DNA of 63,521 bases, counting the filler, from Octopus bimaculoides (Eukaryota): the NCBI RefSeq assembly GCF_001194135.2. It is 9 parts of 9 records of this genome, joined end to end, with 100 filler letters (N's around TTAATTAATTAA, not from the genome) between each part and the next. Parts side by side here need not be neighbours in the genome. Positions count along the whole stretch, not along the records: positions 1 to 6,458 come from NC_069003.1; positions 6,559 to 19,361 come from NC_068992.1; 7 more parts are not named here. One strand, written 5' to 3'. The position numbers and the translations under genes were made by a program. The notes beneath the pieces were generated by a model. It was not told the DNA's origin. It worked only from the letters and a program-made list of their open reading frames with translations, and searched no databases. Within the stretch, counting starts at the first letter, position 1. Each line of letters opens with the position of its first letter. Below are positions 1 to 11,134 of the stretch, piece after piece.

Positions 1-310
1 ATGTATATATATGCACATGTGTGTGTGTGTGCGTGCGCGTGTGTGTGTGTGTATAGTAACATACATTATGTGAGTGATATTTTTAAGTGAGATGTTACAA
101 TCGTATCTGATCCTTCAACTGCTTCAATTCTGTGTATGTATATATATTTACTAGATTGCTTACATTTATTAATGGTTTTCTTCCCATTGTGTTGATGTGC
201 CATTTTCTATCATTAATAAAACTGTCAGCATTTTTGACAACACAGATATGCTAGTATATATATAATTCCCAATGCTTCAGCAATATATTGTATATTTTTG
301 GTTTTTGTAG

Positions 311-356
311 CAAAAGAAATATGAATACACATCATACCACATAGAACTAATAAGAG
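311..356 (+). CDS. Tentative upstream exon of the ependymin/LolA-like gene (QKKYEYTSYHIELIR+G)
   Basis: Acceptor ttttggtttttgtag| and donor AGAG|GTCAGT. Of the 46 nt, only the phase-0 frame is open, and it ends in phase 1, matching the phase-1 start of exon 1443. No recognisable motif in the peptide. Confidence 0.4.
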
Positions 357-1027
357 GTCAGTTGTATTAATTCATCATAATATTTTCTATTGAAGTCAAT
401 GTATAAACATATCTTATATTTTACTTAGTAGTTTTCTTTGTCATTATTTCGGCAAGTATAATATGAATTGATAAAGTCATATTAAAAAAACGTGTAGAAT
501 TATCTCCCTCACTTCCCAAAATATAGAAAATTTAAGGTATAAATATAAGGTATTGACAAAAATTGAGATATTTTTCTCCTTACTGTATAATTATTTTCAT
601 TAATACTTCATGAAGTGGGTAATAGTGCTCCCTGAAAAAGGAATTGATGAGAGATAATTTTACATGAATCCTAAAGACAAAGAATTAGATTGCGGTAGGG
701 ATAAAAGATTATTCTAATCTTCAAAAATTACTTGGTACTCACTGTAATTTCATTTCTTTATAATGACTATTTATAAGTATTTGATAATTTCCATAACTTC
801 CTTTCTTTGTGATAGCTGTTTATCAAAATTTGGTACTCTCTTTCTTTATAATGTCTATTTGACATTCCTTCTGATTTTATGCCTTCATGGCAAATATTTG
901 TGAATATCTGATACTCTCTATGGCTTTCTTTCTTTATACTATCTCTGAATATTTGGTACTCCTTGTAACTTTCTCTCTGTAATAACTGTTGTTAGCATTT
1001 GCTATTGGTGGCTTCCTTCCTTTATAA

Positions 1028-1362
1028 CAGTGGTTCTCAACTACTTTTTGCTTATGGATCCCTTTAATTACTGTTCTATTCTGGTGGGTCATCATAGTCA
1101 TATGATGTTTAAAAACTTGTTTTAAAGAAATTTCTTTCAAAATTCCCATTTTGTTCACCATACATTAACTTGTGTAGTTTGAACGATGTAAGATATTAGC
1201 AAAAGAAATCTGTTTCGTGCAATAAATACATCTAAAGCAAAATTTTTTAATGGCCCCTAATGTAATTCTATGGGTTCCCAATTTACTGTTTTGCTTACAT
1301 TGATCCCTCAAAATCTTATATGGATTCTCAGGTGTCATAAGGGCCCAGGTTGAGAACCATTG
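1028..1362. mobile_element. hAT (Charlie-like) MITE
   Basis: TIRs CAGTGGTTCTCAAC / GTTGAGAACCATTG. Degenerate 8-bp flanks CTTTATAA / CATAATAA. A related left-half copy lies at ~57874-58072. Confidence 0.8.
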
Positions 1363-1442
1363 CATAATAATAACTATTTGTGGGCATTTAGTATTCCACA
1401 TGACTTACTTTATAAAGATATTCTATATACATATAATACCAG

Positions 1443-1540
1443 GTGATGTCAGTAGCATTTCCATACCACTATTTGATAACCAAGTGTATTACCATGAAGA
1501 AATAACATTGCCGGTTTACGAAGAAACTGCTTATCATGAA
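1443..1540 (+). CDS. Internal exon of ependymin/LolA-fold-like protein (GDVSSISIPLFDNQVYYHEEITLPVYEETAYHE)
   Basis: ccag| acceptor and GAA|GTAAGT donor. 98 nt, open frame, ends in phase 0 and joins in frame to exon 2555. Confidence 0.75.
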
Positions 1541-1857
1541 GTAAGTACTGTGTTTTAGGTATGGCTAAATAACTGCTAAATATCTTAGTCCGTCCATCCA
1601 TCCATCATCCATCAACCCATCCATCCATCCACCCACCCACCCAATACCCATCCACCCATCATCCATCCATCCATCCATCCCTCCGTTCATCCATCCATCT
1701 ATCCACCCATCCACCTAGCCATACACCCACTCATCCATTCAATCACCCANNNNNNNNNNACTGTGTTTTAGGTATGGCTAAATAACTGCTAAATATCTTA
1801 GTCCGTCCATCCATCCGTCCATGCATGCATGCATCCATCCATTCACCCACTCATCCA

Positions 1858-2490
1858 TGCAATGACTAAGGAAAATAGTCTAATAAAGGGTCGTATAAGC
1901 CCTTGACAGAATAAAGAAGGCTTTCCTGTTTGTGTGGGAGTCGAACCCACATTCCTTTGTTAATGCGACTAAATGTATTACCTTTATACCAGCGAATCAG
2001 CCTCCCTCTTCCTATCAAATTTAAGAAGTATAAAAGCTAATGTTTATTTTTTTTATATGTAAACAAACTTTCTATATGCTTTTGGTGTGAATGGTTTTTT
2101 TTTATATGGTTCTGTTTTTACAATCCTGTAAATAATAAATATGGTATTTTTATATAAGCTTAAAGCTTATTGTGATCTCCATGCAATGACTATGGAAAAT
2201 AGTCTAATAAAGGGGCATATAAGTCCTCGACAGAAAAAAGTTCTTAAATTTGTTAGGAAAAGGAAGGCTAATTCGCTGGTGTAAAGGTAACACACTCAGT
2301 CGCATTAACAAAGGGATGTAGGTTCGACTCCTACACAGACAGGAAAGCCTTCTTTTTTCTGTCGAGGGCTTATATGCCCCTTTATTAAATTATTTTCCTT
2401 AGTCATTGCACAGTGATCGCAAAAATACTATTATTATTATTATTGACAGGATTGTAAAAATGGTGCCATATAAAAGACCATTCACAATAT
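1858..2490. mobile_element. Three copies of a short tRNA-derived SINE-like repeat (minus ~1858-2005, minus ~2083-2230, plus ~2265-2490)
   Basis: The plus copy has A-box TGGTGTAAAGG (2277-2287), B-box GGTTCGACTCC (2321-2331) and T-arm GTAGG-TTCGACT-CCTAC. The other two copies are reverse-complement matches. Confidence 0.7.
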
Positions 2491-2554
2491 ATATTTTAAA
2501 ATATTGATATTGATGTAAGGTAAAACTGAAAACTTTGTGCTTGGATTCTTTCAG

Positions 2555-2666
2555 ATTTGGTTTGACAATCTACGCAATTTGATGCGAATAGATCAGTACC
2601 TCGCCACTGTACAGCCACCCTTCTATACCCCAGGAATTCTGACAACTATTCATGATTATAATACAG
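2555..2666 (+). CDS. Internal exon of ependymin/LolA-fold-like protein (IWFDNLRNLMRIDQYLATVQPPFYTPGILTTIHDYNT+G)
   Basis: ttctttcag| acceptor and CAG|GTAAAT donor. 112 nt, phase 0 to 1. Splicing to the next exon recreates the HDYNTGVAYYID motif. Confidence 0.88.
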
Positions 2667-2875
2667 GTAAATATCTATTTATAACTGATACTTTATTTTT
2701 TAGTTTTTTATTGTTTGGTCCAAGAGGAAGAGGCAGTGCTTCTGACCATTTTTAGAGCCTCTGAGATTGATGTGAGGGAATCAAGGAATGAGGACTGAAG
2801 AAAGTTACTCAACGTCTCATTACTGTTGTACCATGGTTAAATAAGACACTTATGGTCCCATGTTTATTTGTATAG

Positions 2876-3042
2876 GGGTTGCTTACTACATCGACAAGGA
2901 CCTGAGAAACTGTACAGTTCTACCAATTTCAAACACCAGTGTTGATGCTGCAATGCAAAAAGTGGGAAACACATCTGTCGTAAGAATGAAAACAGCACAA
3001 CAATTCTTTTTTGCTGATCAACCATTTAAAAGTATTGGACAG
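2876..3042 (+). CDS. Internal exon of ependymin/LolA-fold-like protein (GVAYYIDKDLRNCTVLPISNTSVDAAMQKVGNTSVVRMKTAQQFFFADQPFKSIGQ)
   Basis: tttatttgtatag| acceptor and CAG|GTAGGT donor. 167 nt, phase 1 to 0. The HDxNTGxxYxID..xNC and MKxxxxFF..GQ patterns resemble invertebrate ependymin-related/LolA-like repeat proteins. N-glycosylation sequons NCT, NTS, NTS. Confidence 0.88.
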
Positions 3043-3089
3043 GTAGGTTGTTCTATTACTTCTTGATTTTCAGTTAATGATACATATAA

Positions 3090-3420
3090 TGTGGTTCTTG
3101 GGAATCAAGAACTGACTGGCATTAAACCCCTAATGAACACACTTCAGCCTCTGACCACAGGCGTACTGTATCCTCTCTCTGTCTTTTCACTTACTACTAT
3201 AATGGCCTGGTACCTCTTCTGTTTAGATATCCCTAACCCACTTGTCTCTCCATCTCTCATTACCCTTACTGCATACTCTCTCTTCAGCCTCACACTAACC
3301 AATCACTATATTCAGTCACTTCTTTCCACTACCAAATATTGTTCCTCTGGAAACTTCTCCCAGCTCATGTCTTCCCTGCAACTGTTGATCTGCAACAGTT
3401 GAAATGGAACATTAATGACA
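3090..3420 (+). mobile_element. Degenerate LINE ORF2 C-terminal remnant (CR1/L2/Jockey group)
   Basis: Frameshifted YYYNGL, TNHYIQS and LWKLLPAHVFPATVDLQQLKWNIN resemble the 'LWNSLP..VFP...L..FK..VN' end of LINE ORF2. Confidence 0.55.
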
Positions 3421-4679
3421 TGAAACCCACTGGTACTGCAGGGCCAGCAAAACTGCCCTTTTGTAATAAAAAGAGGGCAGTCAAAGACAAAAGCATTTGG
3501 GTTACTGAATCCCAAACTTTTCCTTAAGAAGGATCCCTTTTATTTAAGTGACTTTTTCCTCACTGATCACAGTCTTTTGAAAGGTCTATAAACCAGTTTT
3601 ATTAACTAACCACAAACTCTTTCTCCTAGTTTAATTTCTTAATTAAAAGATATATCTAACTGAATAATAATTATATGTAATTAAGTAATTGTAGATTTTA
3701 CACAGGACCATTTTAAAATTCATAAGCTGGCTCACAAACACCCAGTACTACATTTGTAGGTGCACAAAGATCCCATTGACTCTGAGTTAAGGGGCAGTGT
3801 TCTAGGTGGTGGTTGAACTTGCTAGAAATAAATACAAAATTCCCCTCAAGTCTTACTCTGACCTCTTAAAAAATGGGAATAATGGAGTCTTGGATGTATT
3901 ATCATGGTGGTGAATTAGCAGTGAAATTAGAGGATTGGATAAAAGGTCTTAAAGAGTTAATTAGTTCTTTAAAGGAACTAGGAGTTAACATGATAGTAGT
4001 TATGATTCAAGATTTAGGTACAGGCAGACAAAATTCTAACCATCCTCATATTAATATTAAGAATCTAGTCAGTAAAATGTGCAAACGAATTACTGAAATT
4101 TTCTCAAACAGATCACATATGACAAAACAGTCAGTTGCAACAATAAGGCATTAGTAAACAACAGTTTCAAGGAAAAGGTTAACGTCTTACCCAAGAAAGG
4201 ATATTCTATGAATTAAGAATAATGAATGCCAAGGGAAACTGCCATTATAATTGAAATGTTGTCTGGTTCAGCACTAACTTCTTTAATCTCAACCTGAATT
4301 ATGATTTTGCTATAAACACGAATTACATTTCTGAAATTGATTTTCAGAAATATATTCAACAGATAAAATATCAAAGAGAATTTCAGCTGTACCTCTAATA
4401 TCACCAATATTATAGCAAGCAATAATAACCTTGCAGTATTTGTTCTGGCTCTTTGTATTCTGAGTTCAAATCCTACAGTTGCCAATTTATAGGGTGTGCA
4501 GTAAAGAATTCTCAAATATCTAAATAAGTTTATTTTATTGAATTTAGTTTGAAATTGCACAAAAGTAATTAAAATGCTTTCCTTGACATTCAATTGTTCA
4601 TGTACACGCCATTGTTTGTTTACATTTGGCAAGTAAAATGTTTCAGTATGGCAGTTAACAGGTGAAGTAAGACTGTAGC

Positions 4680-5232
4680 TCTGAAAAAGCAGGACATAGC
4701 ATCAAATATGTAGCTTCAAAGGTTGATGTTTATCCCAAAACAGTCTATAATGTCATGAAATGCAACAGTGATACAGGTTCAATCAACGGTAACTCCATTC
4801 ATGGTTGAAAATGATCCTTAAGGATCAGGATGAAACAATTGGTGGATGTTGTATGAAAAAGAGTGTCATGAAAATCTACAGTGGAGTATGCGGTAAATGG
4901 TTAAAAGTTTCGATATATTCAGACAACCATGTGATGGGTCATGCATGAAGACTTGAATTGTAAGTCATTAAAACTGCAACGTCGACACCTAATTTCGGCC
5001 GCAAAATGACTGGACAGGTGCAAGAAAGTGGTGGAGGTGATTCAGAGGGCCAGTGACAATGTCTTCATCTGGTTGGCTGAAAAAATATTTACTGTGGAAG
5101 CTGTAGCAAACACTCAGAATAACAGGATTTTGGGCATGAGGTTGGATGCTGTTTCCCAAAAACGTCCGTAAGGTGTTTCACCAAATAAAACCTGCTGGAT
5201 TGATGGTTAGGGCGGCAGGATCATCCAATGGG
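4680..5232 (+). pseudogene. Fossil Tc1/mariner transposase, DD37D (maT)-like
   Basis: One frame with many stops: KAGHSIKYVASKVDVYPKTVYNVMK (HTH), MHEDLNCKSLKLQRRHLI, LAEKIFTVEAVANTQNNRI (first catalytic-D region; the D is lost), then KPAGLMVRAA. Confidence 0.8.
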
Positions 5233-5933
5233 TCACACCTTGAGCAAGAATCTTTTAGCCTAGTTTTGTTTTGATCTTTTTGTTTTTGTTTTATCTTTTA
5301 CCCATGTTAGGTCTGAAAGAAGGGACAGTGCCCATGCCTTTCGTGGACCATCTAGATGACTGAGGTTAATGATTAATGCCTTGATGTTCCTTGTGAATCT
5401 TCATAAACCAACATCTGTGAGAAAGATATGAGCAGGGAGGGATTTCCTGAGGGAAGCCATTTTGGGGAGGAAAGACTGAGCATAGTGATAAATGTGAGGC
5501 CTTGTAGGTGGGGTGAGGATGGACATAAGAGGGATGATGAGAAGAGAAGAAGCAAGTGGGATGCGAACATTTGAGAGAAGGTGAGCTGAGCTCAGATAGC
5601 TGCAAGGAGCAGAAGCCATATAGTAGCAGTAGAAATGGCAGAGAGAGGGGACACAGAATGTCTGAGCATCAGTGGATGGAGTATGTCTGTGAGTTAATCT
5701 GCCAGGTGGCCAAAGCATTGGGAGTAAAATTGGTTAAATAGAAACTGTTTTGGTTTACAAAGGTTTACAAGGAACATCAATGGCATTAATCATTAACCTC
5801 AGTCATCTAGATGGTCTGTGAAAGGTATGGGCACTGTCCCTTTTTTTCAGACCCAACATGGGTAGAAGATAAAGCAAAAAAAAAAAAAAGATCAAACCAA
5901 AACTAAGCTAAAAGATTCTTGCTCAAGGTGTGA
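5233..5933. mobile_element. Foldback/MITE-like element with ~175-bp inverted arms
   Basis: 5233-~5410 is the reverse complement of ~5750-5933 (termini TCACACCTTGAGCAAGAATC / GATTCTTGCTCAAGGTGTGA). Spacer ~340 bp. No exact TSD. Confidence 0.75.
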
Positions 5934-6237
5934 TGGAGTTGGATTGAACTAAACACTAACATGTTCAGATTATGAAGTGAGCTTATTAATCACCTGGTCG
6001 TGTGCCCCTCCCCACCCCTGCCTGAGAAGTAGAGGTAAAACTGTACATATGATGGGCAAGTAATGTAATTGGTAGGTTTGGGTCCAGCGGAGGCAGAAAT
6101 AATAAATCCTATGGAGCTTGAAGCTGGCAGAATGAATCAGAATAGTTATTTCCTAAATGATACAGAAGGAAAAAAAGGGCACAGAATTGAGGTGGCGGGG
6201 ATGTGAAAGAGAAATTTTGAGGAAATTTTTATCATCA

Positions 6238-6458
6238 TCATCATCATTCAATGTCCGCTTTCCATGCTAGCATGGGTTGGACAATTTGACTGAGGACTGG
6301 TGAAACCAGATGGCAACACCAGGCTCCAATCTAATTTGGCAGAGTTTCTACAGCTGGATGCCCTTCCTAACGCCAAACACTCAGAGAGTGTAGTGGGTGC
6401 TTTTACGTGTCACCCGCACAAAGGCCAGTCAGGCGGTACTGGCAACGGCCACGCTCGA
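6238..6458 (-). mobile_element. SINE family B, 3' part (ATG-repeat tail)
   Basis: Matches 25665-25830 and, inverted, 53330-53430 (ttccatgctagcatgggttggac...ctggatgcccttcctaacgccaa). Confidence 0.7.
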
Positions 6459-6502
6459 NNNNNNNNNNNNNNNNNNNNNNNNNNNNNNNNNNNNNNNNNN
6501 NN

Positions 6503-6514
6503 TTAATTAATTAA
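6503..6514. other. Artificial scaffold spacer TTAATTAATTAA inside N gaps (also 19406, 32287, 40437, 46457, 54426, 56675, 61369)
   Basis: The identical palindromic 12-mer has stops in all six frames and is always flanked by N runs on both sides. Confidence 0.9.
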
Positions 6515-6558
6515 NNNNNNNNNNNNNNNNNNNNNNNNNNNNNNNNNNNNNNNNNNNN

Positions 6559-6625
<67 letters not shown>

Positions 6626-7569
6626 CACTAGTTCTACAGGTAAGAATACGCTGTTAGAGACACACGCACATATAAACGTACAGATACGCATACGTATTGC
6701 AAGTGTGCACCAAAACACTGAAACACCCTTATATATGCGCCACACGCCCCTCACACATATATGCGCCCTTTTCCTCTCCATCTCCATCGCACCCTACACA
6801 GAAATGTCTTTTGCATTGTGTCTTTCGAATATTCGTTTGCAAATCTTTTGTATATAAACATATTTTGAAAATTATTTAGTATTGTTTATTCCTTAAATAT
6901 AGCAACCCATTTTCTTAAAAATATATAGTTACAAAATAAATTACTACGTTGACGCGTTAAATAGAGAAATATTCAAAATTTATTAGGATACTTTGCATGA
7001 CACAAAGTATATAAATTCACCATGGCAATTATTATATTGTTGACATAAAACATTTAACATTCTAAGCTGTCGATGCCAATTACGGATGCTTTGTTATGAG
7101 TACTCTCAGAATTATGGCCTTATCATTACAAATCTGAAATTATCATAATAAAACATTGAGAAATATCTACTAATTTTTACCTGACATATTATTACTCTTT
7201 ATTTAGATTGTTCCAAACCTTTTGATTTCTAATTGGAATTTCTTTCAACTCATCCTCCCGACAGACTTTATCATTATCATTCTTGTTTTGTTTTTCCTCC
7301 TCCTCCTCCTCCTCCTCCTCCTCCTCCTCGCTGTAGTTGTCATCATCAATATCGTCGTCGCTATTGCTGTTGTTTATCCTCAAGTCAGATTTGATTGAAC
7401 AGATCTTTGACTCAAAGGTATTCTAACCAAGGCCATCTTGTGTTTTGTTTTTAAGATACACAAAAAAGCAACAATAAAAGACGTTTGTGTCCTTGAATTT
7501 TCTTATTTAACATTTATTTCCAATTTACAGAAAAGTTAAATGTTTTTATTTATGATAACAACTTAAAAA

Positions 7570-8060
7570 GAAGAACAATGTTGCGCATTGACAAAATCGT
7601 TAGACCAGCGGACGAAATGTCAGGCTGTATTTATTGCGGCTTCTTGCATTCTCACCAAGGTTGGTATTGCTTTTCATCCTTCAGGAGACGGTTTAGACTA
7701 GAAACAGACCATCGCCTGTTGATAACGATTTATGGATCCAAGAAAGAAATCCCAGTACATACAGCAAACAGGTTGCAGCGATGGGACACCATACTACTAA
7801 ACTACAACTACACACACATATACACACACACACACACACAACCCAAAGACGCTTCAGGAGGGGTTTCAATGATATCCACCTACGCGATTTACCTTCACTC
7901 GAATTAGAGATAAGATGGAACTGTTCAGAATGTCTACAAGAAACGTTTCAGAAGACCGCAGACATCGATGAACCATACAAAGCGAGGAAGGATGCTAGTA
8001 ATTTATTGCCAGAGTTCAAGAAAATCTGTGCGGTACATCGATAAATAGGAATTTCAAGAC
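7570..8060 (+). mobile_element. Degenerate Ty3/gypsy pol remnant (RNase H, possibly into integrase)
   Basis: RRFRLETDHRLLITIYGSKKEIPVHTANRLQRWDTILLNYN matches the gypsy RNase H 'TDHKPL..IFG.KKGIP..TANRLQRWA..LL.Y' motif. Downstream ..KKI..GISR is a weak match. Confidence 0.75.
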
Positions 8061-9400
8061 CAAGCAACCATTCATTTTCAAACGCTGCCATTGGAAAAGT
8101 TATATTCCACGAACAGTCTATGCTTTCAGTAGGGATGATCTGGAACGAAGGGTATAGTTTTGCGAGTGGCACTTGGCAAGATGCGTAGAAGATACACTCT
8201 TTCAAACAATGATTGTTTGGAGTGATTAGGCTACATTTAAATTTAGTAACTCAGTAAATCTTCACAGTTGCATCTACTGGAAACCTGAGAAGCCGCGAGT
8301 TACAGAAGAACATCATGTTGCTTTACCAGGTTTTTTACACTATGATGGAGCATCTCATCAAAAGGATTAATTGGACAATTCTTTTCTGGCGCTATTCTGA
8401 AGACTTTCCTGCAAGATGGGGCCATCTCCACGCTGCCATAATGATGTATTTGTCTAGCTTGATGATATTTTCCAAAACAGGAGGATTTTTGGACAACAGG
8501 GTTCAGTNNNNNNNNNNNNNNNNNNNNNNNNNNNNNNNNNNNNNNNNNNNNNNNNNNNNNNNNNNNNNNNNNNNNNNNNNNNNNNNNNNNNNNNNNNNNN
8601 NNNNNNNNNNNNNNNNNNNNNNNNNNNNNNNNNNNNNNNNNNNNNNNNNNNNNNNNNNNNNNNNNNNNNNNNNNNNNNNNNNNNNNNNNNNNNNNNNNNN
8701 NNNNNNNNNNNNNNNNNNNNNNNNNNNNNNNNNNNNNNNNNNNNNNNNNNNNNNNNNNNNNNNNNNNNNNNNNNNNNNNNNNNNNNNNNNNNNNNNNNNN
8801 NNNNNNNNNNNNNNNNNNNNNNNNNNNNNNNNNNNNNNNNNNNNNNNNNNNNNNNNNNNNNNNNNNNNNNNNNNNNNNNNNNNNNNNNNNNNNNNNNNNN
8901 NNNNNNNNNNNNNNNNNNNNNNNNNNNNNNNNNNNNNNNNNNNNNNNNNNNNNNNNNNNNNNNNNNNNNNNNNNNNNNNNNNNNNNNNNNNNNNNNNNNN
9001 NNNNNNNNNNNNNNNNNNNNNNNNNNNNNNNNNNNNNNNNNNNNNNNNNNNNNNNNNNNNNNNNNNNNNNNNNNNNNNNNNNNNNNNNNNNNNNNNNNNN
9101 NNNNNNNNNNNNNNNNNNNNNNNNNNNNNNNNNNNNNNNNNNNNNNNNNNNNNNNNNNNNNNNNNNNNNNNNNNNNNNNNNNNNNNNNNNNNNNNNNNNN
9201 NNNNNNNNNNNNNNNNNNNNNNNNNNNNNNNNNNNNNNNNNNNNNNNNNNNNNNNNNNNNNNNNNNNNNNNNNNNNNNNNNNNNNNNNNNNNNNNNNNNN
9301 NNNNNNNNNNNNNNNNNNNNNNNNNNNNNNNNNNNNNNNNNNNNNNNNNNNNNNNNNNNNNNNNNNNNNNNNNNNNNNNNNNNNNNNNNNNNNNNNNNNN

Positions 9401-9437
<37 letters not shown>

Positions 9438-10222
9438 CTTTTACGTTGATAAAGACAAAATGGAATTCTCAAAGTGTTAAACGACAATACATGACAAATT
9501 TTCTTACAATTTTGAAAGGATATCCGGTTTACGTGCTACCTCGTTTAGAAAGAGCCGGTATTTCCCTTGCGGCTATGATTATATGTAAATTTCAGATGCC
9601 CCTGGGGTAAATTCATTTATCGTCCTATAAAGATTTGAACGTGAATTTATCATTTTTTAAAAAGATCTCTGTTATACTTCTACTGAGAACTTACTAAACG
9701 TCATCAACTATATTTCCGCCTACTCTGAAAGATTTTTTAAAAAGTATTAAAAATGAATCTTAAAACGAAACTAAAAGTAAACATCACGTAATTAGCCTAC
9801 TAATTAATGAACCTATTTCAACCAAGTTTGTCTCATTGTCAACAATTTTAATATATATATATATTTCTTCCATTTTATTTTTCAATTTCAACGTGTTCCT
9901 GAGATAAAGATTTTTTCATGGTTCAGAGCTTCTATGTAAGTTTATATGTAAGTTTTCGTGTTGTAAACAAAGGCTGGGCAATCTGGGCAACGAACATTTC
10001 AGACAGTAGACTGTGCGTATTGAAGCGTGCTACAACAGAAGACAATACAAGTTAGGTTCATTAATTTCTTATAGATGGACGTCTGTATACATATTCATAC
10101 ATATATTACATATATACATACATGTATCTATGTATATATATATGTTTATATAAACAAACATGCATATAAATAGGCACATATGCGTAAATATGCATATATA
10201 TATGTATGTATGAACACACGTA

Positions 10223-10265
<43 letters not shown>

Positions 10266-10479
10266 NNNNNNNNNNNNNNNNNNNNNNNNNNNNNNNNNNN
10301 NNNNNNNNNNNNNNNNNNNNNNNNNNNNNNNNNNNNNNNNNNNNNNNNNNNNNNNNNNNNNNNNNNNNNNNNNNNNNNNNNNNNNNNNNNNNNNNNNNNN
10401 NNNNNNNNNNNNNNNNNNNNNNNNNNNNNNNNNNNNNNNNNNNNNNNNNNNNNNNNNNNNNNNNNNNNNNNNNNNNNNN

Positions 10480-10526
<47 letters not shown>

Positions 10527-11134
10527 CATAAACAACATAAATTTTATATAACAGTTTCTATGATATACGATTTAAAGTGAAGATGCAGTTTATTTGTGGA
10601 ATATTCTAAAACTTAAACTTTAAAATATATCATATAAATCTACGTGTGCGTGTTTATGTATGTGCGTATATGCGTGTGTTTCGCGGGTGAGTGTATGTGC
10701 GCGCGTGCACGCGTGTGTGCACATTCACCTATACTGATTAAGAATTAAATACAGAAAACGGGCCGAGGGAGCCCCTGCCTGGTCACTCGGCCATTTAGAA
10801 ATAGCAGACAAACTCTCTAAAATTACAAGTCACCTTTAAAAAAGGAAAGACACCCTGGACATTGTAATCCTATACATACATACTCACATACACACACACA
10901 CATATACATACATACATACGTACGTAGATATATACATAAGTACATAGAAAAATACATAGACACACACACACACACACACTTTTATTTAATCTCGCCTATG
11001 AACAGAGGCCATGCTGGAGTCACACCGTCTGATATTGTTTTCACTGTTTAATTTTTCCTGTCTTGGTTTTTGTTTGCTACTTTGGAATCCTCCGTTTAGC
11101 AGGTTAATCCACTTCGCGGGAAGAGCTATTCTAA

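Noticed and set aside
1547-1830. Exact ~60-bp direct duplication (actgtgttttaggtatggc...) either side of a 10-N gap
   Set aside because: Typical overlap of contig ends next to a (CCAT)n repeat, so an assembly artefact. A similar case is at 53235-53300.
2265-2340. tRNA-like sequence with A/B boxes (also 55380-55454 and 58074-58145)
   Set aside because: No complete cloverleaf, and each continues into a shared repeat body, so these are SINE heads, not tRNA genes.
3873-4154. 93-aa purine-rich ORF (similar texture at 46560-47000)
   Set aside because: No recognisable motif or convincing splice sites; probably a decayed repeat.
6503-6514. Recurrent palindrome TTAATTAATTAA (8 copies)
   Set aside because: Always embedded between N runs; an artificial six-frame-stop spacer. 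Synteny across these joins should be treated cautiously.
7192-7383. Acidic poly-E/D ORF
   Set aside because: Driven by (TCC)n and (TCA)n microsatellites; no phase-compatible exon boundaries.
8300-9610. Very long ORFs (300-430 aa) spanning N runs, here and at 13.4k, 33-35k, 47k, 50k, 52k, 55k, 58k and 62k
   Set aside because: They are poly-X from gaps plus YI/CV/HT dinucleotide translations, not coding.
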